DNA of 64,000 bases from contig JBGSIF010000175.1 in assembly GCA_041742635.1 (NCBI GenBank), forward strand, positions 52 to 64,051, read 5' to 3'. The translations under genes were made by a program, and so were the position numbers. Source of the DNA: Phycisphaerales bacterium (GTDB lineage: Bacteria > Planctomycetota > Phycisphaerae > Phycisphaerales > UBA1924). The notes under the pieces are model-generated. The model saw only the letters and a program-made list of their open reading frames with translations, made no database searches and had not been told where the DNA came from. Shown piece by piece: positions 36,825 through 45,117 of the stretch; the stretch's first letter is position 1; every line of letters begins with the position of its first letter.

Positions 36825-36920
36825 TCCTCACGCACACTGACCGTTTGACTTGAACACTCCTTGTTTCCAGCGATCACTCGTTTGAATCCACCGACTTCTC
36901 GCGTGCCTCTCTTGTTGTTG

Positions 36921-36960
36921 CAACCACCCCGTGCTGGCGCTCGGGGTGGTTGTTCTTTTG
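36921..36960 (+). terminator. intrinsic terminator of the PEP-CTERM gene
   Basis: Perfect 11-bp stem CAACCACCCCG/CGGGGTGGTTG with a 10-nt loop, followed by TTCTTTTG. Confidence 0.85.
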
Positions 36961-36965
36961 CGATG

Positions 36966-37075
36966 TGGTGGAACGGCTCCCCGGTGGAACGGCTCTCCAG
37001 CGCCGTTTCCCTTCCCGGTGGATCGGCACTCGGAGCCGATTCCCCCGTCTCCGTGGACCTCCGGGCCGCTCTTCG
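36966..37075 (+). repeat. structured intergenic repeat (copy Y)
   Basis: Shares ordered blocks with the reverse complement of 12187-12254. It also has an internal direct duplication, GGTGGAACGGCTC, at 36967-36979 and 36983-36995. Confidence 0.6.
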
Positions 37076-37194
37076 TTACTCGGACAACATCAAACACACA
37101 CCGATTCGCCCCACCCACACCCTCATCCAACAACACCACTACAACACAAAAACCCACGCAAAATCACTTCCTCCACAACCGCTACCATCAGGTA

Positions 37195-38106
37195 ATGCAC
37201 CGCCGCTCCATCATCCTCTTCTGCCTCCTCGCAGCCGGTGCTCTTCTAGGCTCCTGTCACCGCTCAGCGCCCGCACCCAATCCCACAACTACCACGAACA
37301 CCCTCCGTATCGTTTCCCTCTCCCCCGCCGCCACGGACATCCTCCGCGGCCTCGGGCTCGCCGACTCGCTCGTCGGACGCAACTCCGCCGACGCCTGGAC
37401 TGATCGCTCCGTCCCCTCCTGCGGCGAACTCGGGCGCATCGATTACGAAGCCCTCCTCGCCGCCCGCCCGACCCACGTCTTCGTCCAAGAACCGTCGCTC
37501 CCGCCGCGCCTCCAGCAACTCGCCGCCCAGCACGGCTTCCTCGCCCTCAACCTCTCCCTCCTCTCCCTCGACGAGATCCGAACCAGCACCCGCGGCATCG
37601 TCGATTCACTCCCGCCCGCCCACCAAAAAGCCGCCACGCCCGAACTCGACCGCATCGAACTCACCATGCACCGCGCGTGGGCACCCGCATCCTCCATCCA
37701 TCAAGGCAACGTCCTCCTCCTCGCCTCAATCGATCCCCCCGCCGCGCTCGGCCCCGGCTCGTTCCACGTCCAGATCCTCCAACGCCTCGGCGGCACCAAC
37801 ACCCCCGCCGTCGGCCCGCCCTACATCACACTCAGCGCCGAAGACATCGTCGCCCTCGCTCCCGCCGCGATCATCCTCATCCAACCCCGCGCCGTCACGC
37901 ATCCTGCGCGAGAACACACCACCGACGAAGCCCTCGCCGCCCTGGGCGTCCTCGCCCGCCTCGATACCCCCGCCGTGCGCGCCCGCCGCGTCGCCCTCAT
38001 CGACGACCCCAAGGCCCACCTCCCCAGCACCGCCATGATCGACCTCGCCGACCAGATGCGAGCCATCATCGAAACCTGGGCACGCAGCGAACCTCCCGCC
38101 AAATAA
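37195..38106 (+). CDS. periplasmic substrate-binding lipoprotein, BtuF/siderophore (cluster-8) type
   Basis: Lipoprotein signal (LLAAGALLGSCH). LRIVSLSPAATDILRGLGLADSLVGR is typical of Fe-siderophore/cobalamin-binding proteins. No permease or ATPase gene is adjacent. Confidence 0.65.
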   Translation: MHRRSIILFCLLAAGALLGSCHRSAPAPNPTTTTNTLRIVSLSPAATDILRGLGLADSLVGRNSADAWTDRSVPSCGELGRIDYEALLAARPTHVFVQEPSLPPRLQQLAAQHGFLALNLSLLSLDEIRTSTRGIVDSLPPAHQKAATPELDRIELTMHRAWAPASSIHQGNVLLLASIDPPAALGPGSFHVQILQRLGGTNTPAVGPPYITLSAEDIVALAPAAIILIQPRAVTHPAREHTTDEALAALGVLARLDTPAVRARRVALIDDPKAHLPSTAMIDLADQMRAIIETWARSEPPAK

Positions 38107-38126
38107 CCCACAAACTCTCGTTCTAG

Positions 38127-39245
38127 TCAGTCACCTTTAACGTTCGATTGCACGCCAGCGTGATCGATCGCCGGCCCGAACCGCCGCAAGAACTCCCCCG
38201 CCATCTCCCCCGCCTCGACCTCATAATCCACCTCGCCCCACCATTCGCTCTCACGCCACACCTTGAACAATCGTGACCGCGGTGCATCGCTCACAAGCCG
38301 TATCGACACCGGCACCCGCCGTTTCTCTTCTCCCGTTTTAGGTGCCGATATCACAACCCCTTTGATGTCACCTCGCGCCCACCGCTCCGTCCGCCGCCAC
38401 CGCACCAGTTCGACACCTTCGTCGCTTACTACCAACCGCCGCACCGCTCCCCCCCGCGCTCGCTCCACGAACCACGGCCACATCGGCACTGAGCAGATCA
38501 CCACGACCATGCCCCACGTAAACACCCTCGGCAACCACGGCCCCGCTAGCAGCGGTGCCCCAACCGGCTCGATCGCCGACCTGAACATCACCATCATCAC
38601 AAACCCGATCAGCAGCGTCAGCGGGAGCCAGATCCGCAGCGGCCGACACTTTGCCTCGAACACCCGAGATGCCCCCGACGAACCCGCCGCACGCTCCAGC
38701 ACCGCTCGCTCGATCGGTGTCGGCTCCGTGGGCACAGCTCCGTACAACCCAATCAACCCACGGCGAACCTCGTCGGTCGTCATCCCGTTCGACGGTAACT
38801 CGATGTCCCGCTTCCCTTCACCAACTCGAGCGATCCGCACCGCGTTCCCCGGCCCTTCGCCGTCCCGCCGACCCCATATGGTCACCAAGCGCCTCGGCCG
38901 CACGCCAAGGATTTCACTCCGTTTCAGCACAATCGATGGCCCCAGCCCCCGCTTCACCCGCATCCCATCAGCGTCCGCCACAATCGACCTCACACTCCAA
39001 AACATCGGCAGCACTGGCAGGAACCCAAAGACCACAACAAGTCCCGCCGCGCTCACCAGCCGTACCTGCACGCTCGCGGCGGTCCCGTTATCGTCACGAA
39101 AGCCCTGCGCCACAAAGAACAACCCCGGAAGCACAATCCACACGATCGCGGCCAACCAAAGACAATCCCGCTGCGTCGCGCGTGACCACCGCCACTCGTA
39201 CTTCACATCACTCCCGCGCGTCGTTCCCGGCGTAGGCTCGCTCAT
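38127..39245 (-). CDS. membrane protein with internally duplicated (2 TM + soluble module) architecture
   Basis: There are two hydrophobic hairpins, at roughly residues 28-85 and 205-255. Each is followed by a ~100-aa Arg-rich soluble segment. The start codon directly abuts the uvrC stop. Confidence 0.5.
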   Translation of the reverse strand: MSEPTPGTTRGSDVKYEWRWSRATQRDCLWLAAIVWIVLPGLFFVAQGFRDDNGTAASVQVRLVSAAGLVVVFGFLPVLPMFWSVRSIVADADGMRVKRGLGPSIVLKRSEILGVRPRRLVTIWGRRDGEGPGNAVRIARVGEGKRDIELPSNGMTTDEVRRGLIGLYGAVPTEPTPIERAVLERAAGSSGASRVFEAKCRPLRIWLPLTLLIGFVMMVMFRSAIEPVGAPLLAGPWLPRVFTWGMVVVICSVPMWPWFVERARGGAVRRLVVSDEGVELVRWRRTERWARGDIKGVVISAPKTGEEKRRVPVSIRLVSDAPRSRLFKVWRESEWWGEVDYEVEAGEMAGEFLRRFGPAIDHAGVQSNVKGD

Positions 39246-40766
39246 TCACTCCTCCAGTGTCTTCTTCCGCCGCAGCACATGGTGATAGTGCTGCGCGAAC
39301 CGGTGCGCCTCGTCCCGAATCGCCTGCACCAGCCGAAGCCCCGCGTTCTCACGCCCCAGTTTCACCGGCTCCTTCCGTTCCTGCACATAAATCAACTCTT
39401 CCTTCTTCGCCAGGCTAATCACCATCGGCGGCTTGATGTTCAACTCCGCGAACGCCTCTTGCGCCGCGTGCAACTGACCCAGCCCGCCGTCGATCAGGAT
39501 CACATCCGGGTACAACTCCTGCCCATCCCCGGCGTCCCGGTACCGACGCGAGATCACCTCGCGAAGACTCTCATAATCGTCGTTGATTGAGGAAGGGATC
39601 GAGGCACGAGGGATCAAGGGATCAAGCGCGGAGAAGGAGTCACTGCCCTTCTTACTCCCACTTGATCCCTTGATCCCTCGATCCCTTGATCCCTTCCCAC
39701 CAATCCTGAACCGCCGATACTCGCTCTTCAGCGGCCGCCCATCCACGAAACACACCTTGCTCGCCACCGTCTCGCCCCCTTGCAGGTGCGCGATATCGAA
39801 CCCCTCGATGCACCTGATCTCCGCGCTCAGCCCCAGCACCTTCTGAAGACTCTTCAGCCCCTTCTTGGGGTCCAGGTACGACACTTCCGTCTCCGGCTGC
39901 CAACCGTCCGATCGCTTCGCCCGCTCGTCCAGCCGTTCGATCGCCCGGATCTGATCCCGAAGCCCCGCGGCTTTCTCGAAGTTCAACCCCTTCGACGCCG
40001 ACTCCATTTCCGATCGCAACTCGCGCAGCGTCTCGGCCCGCTTGTTCGAGATGAACTTCACAAAGCGTTCCGAGTCCGCCCGATACGCCTCCTTGCCGAT
40101 CTTCGCCGCGCACGGCGCGCTGCATTGCCCGATCGCGTGCAGGATGCACGGGCGGAAATACTTGTTCTTCTCGTCCCCGTCGATGATGTCCAGATGGCAC
40201 GTCCGGAACTTGAAGATCCGCTGCGCGATCTGCACCGCGTACTTCAGCGACTTCACGCTCACGAACGGCCCGAACACCCGCGCCCCCTTCAGTTCCGGCG
40301 ACGACGGCTCCCGCGTCACTATCACCCGCGGGAAATCCTCTCCCATCGTCACGGCCAGGTACGGAAACGTCTTGTCGTCCGTCAGCCGCGTATTGAACCG
40401 CGGGCGGATGTCCTTAATCAGCCGGTTCTCGGTGAGCAGCGCCTCCCACTCCCCGTCGCACAGCAAGTAGTCCACATCATGCACGACCTCGAGCATCGGC
40501 TGCTTCTTGAACCCCAGTTCGGTGGACGCGACGAAGTACGACGCGACCCGGTCGCACAGCCGCAGCGCCTTGCCGACGTACACCACGACGCCCTTGTGGT
40601 CTTTCATCAGGTACACGCCGGGGCGGTCGGGTAGGTTCCGCGCCTTGGCCCCCAGCCGCCCCAGCCGCTGCTCGCGCGTCTCCGACCCCCACCCCGGCGG
40701 GGCGTCCGAGGGCAAGAAACCGTCGGCGTCGGTCAACATGTGGTCGGCATCGTCCGGCACCCACAA
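39246..40766 (-). CDS. uvrC: excinuclease ABC subunit C (short form, no C-terminal HhH region seen)
   Basis: GIY-YIG (PGVYLMKDHKGVVVYVGKA), a UVR-like helix region, YRRFRI...DDYESLREVISRRY, DGGLGQL and DEAHRFA. The ORF stops ~15 aa after EAHRFA. Confidence 0.85.
   Translation of the reverse strand: MWVPDDADHMLTDADGFLPSDAPPGWGSETREQRLGRLGAKARNLPDRPGVYLMKDHKGVVVYVGKALRLCDRVASYFVASTELGFKKQPMLEVVHDVDYLLCDGEWEALLTENRLIKDIRPRFNTRLTDDKTFPYLAVTMGEDFPRVIVTREPSSPELKGARVFGPFVSVKSLKYAVQIAQRIFKFRTCHLDIIDGDEKNKYFRPCILHAIGQCSAPCAAKIGKEAYRADSERFVKFISNKRAETLRELRSEMESASKGLNFEKAAGLRDQIRAIERLDERAKRSDGWQPETEVSYLDPKKGLKSLQKVLGLSAEIRCIEGFDIAHLQGGETVASKVCFVDGRPLKSEYRRFRIGGKGSRDRGIKGSSGSKKGSDSFSALDPLIPRASIPSSINDDYESLREVISRRYRDAGDGQELYPDVILIDGGLGQLHAAQEAFAELNIKPPMVISLAKKEELIYVQERKEPVKLGRENAGLRLVQAIRDEAHRFAQHYHHVLRRKKTLEE
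39591..39697. repeat. ~107-bp palindromic element made of GGGATC(G/A)A octamers, in-frame inside uvrC
   Basis: Left arm 39591-39626 and right arm 39661-39697 are near-perfect inverted repeats (one octamer degenerate). The 34-nt spacer carries its own short stem (AGAAGG/CCTTCT). Confidence 0.9.
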
Positions 40767-40837
40767 TCGTACACGCCCGCGGCCCGTTCCCCTGCCTTCT
40801 CACGCTATCCTTGCGCCTGATGCTCCCCCCCGCTTCG

Positions 40838-41617
40838 ATGCTCATCCTGGCGATCGAGAACAGCAACCCCTCGGCGGTCATTCCCGATTCCAACCCACTC
40901 GGTTCCTCCCCCAACCCCAACAATGGACCCGGAATCGCCGTGCTTCGGGTCGAACCCAGTGCCGGAGTGTCAGAATCAACGAAACTCGGTACTCATCAAC
41001 CACTGTCGTATGAACCCATTCGTCCGGTCGCGCGCGACAAAGACGACCTCCTCCCAGCGATCGACCGTGCCATGCGTGCATCGCGTATTACACCCCGCGA
41101 TCTGACCCACATCGCCGTATCGGTCGGCCCCGGTGGGTATACCGCGGTACGGGCCGCGTGCAGCGCAGGGAAGATGATCGCGTGCGCAGTCGGTGCGCGA
41201 TGCGTTGCGGTTCGATCATCGCTCGTCGCGGCCCTCGGCCTGCTTGAAGAGGATGAAGCCCTCGTGCGGCAAGGGTTTGCAGTCTGCCTAGCCGGCAAAG
41301 ACGCAACGTCTCACGCGGCACGATTCGGTCCGGTGAACCACTGGGCCGAAATACCTGAGGTCATGCAGGATGTGGGGCTGGTCGGACCAGCCGAGATCGA
41401 GTCGTTGCGCGTGCCGGTATTAGTAGCGGATCGATTTTTACCCGCGGCGGTTCGGACTGAGGCGATTCGATTGGGGATTCGTGTTGTGGAACCACGGTTT
41501 CGAGCCGATTTGTGCGCACGGCTGGCAAGTGTGGTGCCGACGTGCGAGGCAGAGCATCTGAACCCATTTTATGCGCGGGAGCCCGACGCCGTGACCTTGT
41601 GGCGTTCACGACGTTGA
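40838..41617 (+). CDS. tsaB: tRNA threonylcarbamoyladenosine biosynthesis protein TsaB
   Basis: MLILAIENS...IAVSVGPGGYTAVRAACSAGKMIA (YeaZ/TsaB signature). Alternative starts at 40811 and 40820. Confidence 0.75.
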   Translation: MLILAIENSNPSAVIPDSNPLGSSPNPNNGPGIAVLRVEPSAGVSESTKLGTHQPLSYEPIRPVARDKDDLLPAIDRAMRASRITPRDLTHIAVSVGPGGYTAVRAACSAGKMIACAVGARCVAVRSSLVAALGLLEEDEALVRQGFAVCLAGKDATSHAARFGPVNHWAEIPEVMQDVGLVGPAEIESLRVPVLVADRFLPAAVRTEAIRLGIRVVEPRFRADLCARLASVVPTCEAEHLNPFYAREPDAVTLWRSRR

Positions 41618-42018
41618 GGTTCCAACGGGTAGCGTGTGCGCACCTTTCGCAACGTGTTTATGGAGTATCAAACAATATACGAACACGACTTGCGTGTTGG
41701 ATCGGGATCAGCAAGGGGGTGGGTTGCGAATGTAAAGATGGCGTGCATTCTCGTGCATGTTTTCGTTCTGGGAGCCTCTGTGCTAGGCTGAAGTCGGCCA
41801 AATCTGGCTGAGCTTCGATCCGAGGCGCAGCAAACTTGTGGGAATTTCCTGTTCTGTACGCGGATTTGTGTGATTTTCGGACGTGATCGTGACGATGTGC
41901 GCCACTGTGTACCCCACTCGTTGAAGGGAGTCGCTTCGCGCGTCGATAGAGCAATGTTGAAATAGACAAATAAAGCAGATTGGGTAGTTTAGTTGTTTGT
42001 GTATTGTCCAGGGATGAC

Positions 42019-42642
42019 ATGTCCGAAAAACGTGAGGCCAAGATGGAACAGGAATCCGACACGACGATCAACTGGGCGGACAAGAAGATCTTCACGACGG
42101 GAGAGGCCGCCGAGATCTGCAAAGTCAGTCAACAGACGATCATCCGGTGCTTTGACAACGGACGGCTGGGCGGGTTTCGGGTGCCCGGGTCGAAGTTTCG
42201 ACGGATTCCGCGCGCCGAACTGATCAAGTTCATGAAGGCCAACGAGATCCCGACCGGGGTGCTGGATCAGGGAAAGAAGCGGGTGCTGGTCGTGGACTAC
42301 GACCCATCGATCATCGAGATGTTTCAAGATATTTTGGGCAAGGATTCGCGGATCGACCTGCGGGTGGCGGAGACGGGGTACGACGCGGGGATGCTGACCG
42401 AAGCGTTCCGGCCGAACCTGCTGATTCTGGATTATCTGCTGCCGGATGTGAACGGCGACCTGGTGCTGCGCCGGCTACGTGAACGGGACGAGCACGCCGG
42501 GATCAAGGTGTTGGTCATCAGCGGAGTGGTGAATCAAGCGGAGATACAGCAGTTGCTGGACGGCGGTGCGGTGGGGTTCATGCGGAAACCGTTCGATGTG
42601 AATGAACTGCTCAAGAAGGTGAACGAACTGCTCGAAGTCTGA
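42019..42642 (+). CDS. response regulator with N-terminal excisionase-type HTH
   Basis: HTH: FTTGEAAEICKVSQQTIIRCFDNGRL..FRVPGSKFRRIP. Receiver: VLVVDYDPS, LLILDYLLPD, VLVISG, RKPF. Confidence 0.8.
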   Translation: MSEKREAKMEQESDTTINWADKKIFTTGEAAEICKVSQQTIIRCFDNGRLGGFRVPGSKFRRIPRAELIKFMKANEIPTGVLDQGKKRVLVVDYDPSIIEMFQDILGKDSRIDLRVAETGYDAGMLTEAFRPNLLILDYLLPDVNGDLVLRRLRERDEHAGIKVLVISGVVNQAEIQQLLDGGAVGFMRKPFDVNELLKKVNELLEV

Positions 42643-42727
42643 TAGAGATGCACGCCGCGTCGAAGGACTCGCCCGGTTATCGGGCGATCGTCGCGGTGGA
42701 GCGATCGGGCGAGCAGGAGTCACCCTA

Positions 42728-45070
42728 GTGACCGCGGCGGCAACGATGTCGGCAACGAGGCGTGCCGAACTCATCCTGCATGAGGTGGAGACGCTCCCGA
42801 CATTGCCATCGGTGGCGATGCGGCTGATGCGGATCACCAGCGCGGAAGACGCAGACTTGAAAGAGATTATCCGGCTGATCGAGGCGGACCCGCCGCTGGC
42901 GGCAAAGGTGCTGTCGATGTGCCGTCGCGCGGAACTCGGGCTGGGCGCGCGCGTGACGACGGTCGAGCGAGCGGTGGTGCTGCTGGGGCTTGAGATGCTC
43001 AAGTCGATCGTGCTTGGGGTGCAGGTGATGGACTGGTCGAGTACGCACGCGGAGCGAGGGAGCCAACCGGGAGCAGCGGGGACGAAGCCGGGGACGTTCG
43101 ACCGTGAGGGGTTCTGGCGGCACTGCATCAGCGTGGCGTGCGGAGCGGAGATGATCGCGGCGAAGCATCGGGAACTGGAGGTGCAGCCGGGGGAAGCGTT
43201 CGTGGCGGGGCTGCTGCACGACCTGGGGAAGGTGGCACTGCAGATGGTGCTGCCGCAGGCGTATGCGCAGGTGATCGAGATGGCGGACACGCGGAGCGCG
43301 AACATAGCAGATATCGAGGCGCAGGTGATCGGGCTGGACCATCACACGGCAGGAAAACGGCTGGCGGAACGATGGCAGTTGCCGACGGTGCTGACGGAGG
43401 CGATCTGGCTGCATGGGCAGCGGTGCGAGGCGTTGCCGCCGGGGCCGAACAGGAAACTGGTAGGGATCGTTCGGACGGCGGACGCTTTGTGCCGGCGGCT
43501 GCACCTGGGGTGGTCGGGGAATCACACGATGCCGGAGAGCACAGCGGAGTTATGCCGATCCGCGGGGTTGCACCCGCAGCGGGTGGACGCGCTGAGCGCG
43601 CCGCTGTTGGAAGCGGTGAGCGAGCGGTGCGCGGACCTTGGGCTGGGCGACGCGCCGAGTGAACAGATGGTGGTGGATGCACTGGCTAGCGCGAACCGGC
43701 AACTATCGCGGCTGAATACGACGATCGAACGCCGGACGAAAGACTCGGCGTCGCGGGCAAAGGTGCTGGACGGGGTGAGCGAGTTTTTATCAAGGGCCAA
43801 GCCCGCGCTGGGTGTGGTGGAAACAGTGACCGAAGTCGCCCGGTCGGTATCGAAGATGTTCGGAGAAGGCACAAGCGTGGTGGTGTACGACACGGGGCGG
43901 GTGGCGATGAATGGGAGGCCGAGCCAGAACGATGAGCGGCCGTACAGCATGTGGATCGTACTGGAGTTTGACGGGAGCGGGAACCGGCTGGCGAGCGATG
44001 TAATCGATCGGCCCGAAGTCGGAGCCGGAGACGCGACGAATCGGTTTGCGGAGGTGGCGCTCCGGACGGTCGAGAGCGTACGGAGCGTTCTGAACCGGCC
44101 TGGGGCGGCGGTGCTGAACCTACTACCCGCGAGCGTGATCGGGCACGACGAAGCCGGGGTGGTGATGGTGCATGACCGAGAAGACGCGGTGCGCGCGCTG
44201 GGGCGGAAGCAGGTGGGGGCGTTGCTGACGGCGTGGGGATCGGCACTCGGAGCGGCGATACGGGAGGAAGCAGGGTCGCGGCTTGGGGAACAACTCGCCG
44301 AGGCGAACCGGGTGCTGGCGGACATGCAGCGAGAACTCTCGGAATCGCAATCGATGGCGCGTCTGGCCGAACTGACTGCGGGGGCGGCGCACGAGTTCAA
44401 CAACCCGCTGGCGGTGATATCGGGACGAGCGCAACTGATGGCGGGGACAGTGGTGGACCCGAAGCACAAAGCGGCGGTGGCGTCGATCGTGCAGGGTGCG
44501 CGGCAGTTGTCGGACCTGGTGCAGCGGCTGCATGTGATTGCGCGGCCGCCGGTACCGACGTTCGATCGGACGACGGTAAGCGATGTGCTCAGCGAAGCGG
44601 TGAAGCGCGCGGTGTTGCGTGCGCCACGCAAGAACGCGCAGGGAGTGCCGACGGAGATCCGGGTCAGCGTGCCGAGCAATCTACCGGCGGCGCGGCTGGA
44701 CCGAGAACAGATCACGCAGGCGATGACGGAAGTGCTGGCGAACGCGCTGGAAGCAGATCCTCGTGACTTTGTGGACGTTCGAGTTCAAATCGATGCCCTG
44801 GATGACCGACTGTTAGTACAGGTAACGGATACGGGTCGGGGGATGTCGGAGCACGCGGTAAGACATGCGCTCGACCCGTTTTTCAGCCATAAGACGGCTG
44901 GGCGGCAGCCGGGGCTTGGCTTGACGCTGGCGCATCGGTTGATTCAGTTGCACGGTGGGACGATTCGGATCGAGAGCGAGCCGGAGGATGGGACGATCGT
45001 GAGTATCGCGCTGAAGGATTGGCGCTGGGACACGGCCGCGGGGACACGCGGTGCGAACAACGGAATGTGA
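42728..45070 (+). CDS. HDOD-domain sensor histidine kinase
   Basis: N-terminal HDOD (LPTLPSVAMRLMRI...GLLHDLGK). H-box AAHEFNNPLAVISG, N-box VLANALEA, G-boxes DTGRGM and GLGLTLAHRL. The start is GTG 42728 or ATG 42746. Confidence 0.8.
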   Translation: MTAAATMSATRRAELILHEVETLPTLPSVAMRLMRITSAEDADLKEIIRLIEADPPLAAKVLSMCRRAELGLGARVTTVERAVVLLGLEMLKSIVLGVQVMDWSSTHAERGSQPGAAGTKPGTFDREGFWRHCISVACGAEMIAAKHRELEVQPGEAFVAGLLHDLGKVALQMVLPQAYAQVIEMADTRSANIADIEAQVIGLDHHTAGKRLAERWQLPTVLTEAIWLHGQRCEALPPGPNRKLVGIVRTADALCRRLHLGWSGNHTMPESTAELCRSAGLHPQRVDALSAPLLEAVSERCADLGLGDAPSEQMVVDALASANRQLSRLNTTIERRTKDSASRAKVLDGVSEFLSRAKPALGVVETVTEVARSVSKMFGEGTSVVVYDTGRVAMNGRPSQNDERPYSMWIVLEFDGSGNRLASDVIDRPEVGAGDATNRFAEVALRTVESVRSVLNRPGAAVLNLLPASVIGHDEAGVVMVHDREDAVRALGRKQVGALLTAWGSALGAAIREEAGSRLGEQLAEANRVLADMQRELSESQSMARLAELTAGAAHEFNNPLAVISGRAQLMAGTVVDPKHKAAVASIVQGARQLSDLVQRLHVIARPPVPTFDRTTVSDVLSEAVKRAVLRAPRKNAQGVPTEIRVSVPSNLPAARLDREQITQAMTEVLANALEADPRDFVDVRVQIDALDDRLLVQVTDTGRGMSEHAVRHALDPFFSHKTAGRQPGLGLTLAHRLIQLHGGTIRIESEPEDGTIVSIALKDWRWDTAAGTRGANNGM

Positions 45071-45117
45071 ATCGCCGACCGCGCGGGCGCGGGGTCGGCA
45101 GGAGCAGAGGGAACTGC

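Noticed and set aside
36961-37194. A possible cobalamin riboswitch in the leader of the BtuF-like binding-protein gene.
   Set aside because: CCGGTGGATCGGCAC loosely resembles part of the B12 core, but I could not find a B12 box (AGYCMGGAGACCKGCC-like) or the rest of the conserved core. The same element also occurs at 12187-12254, where no gene follows it. An Rfam RF00174 scan would settle this.
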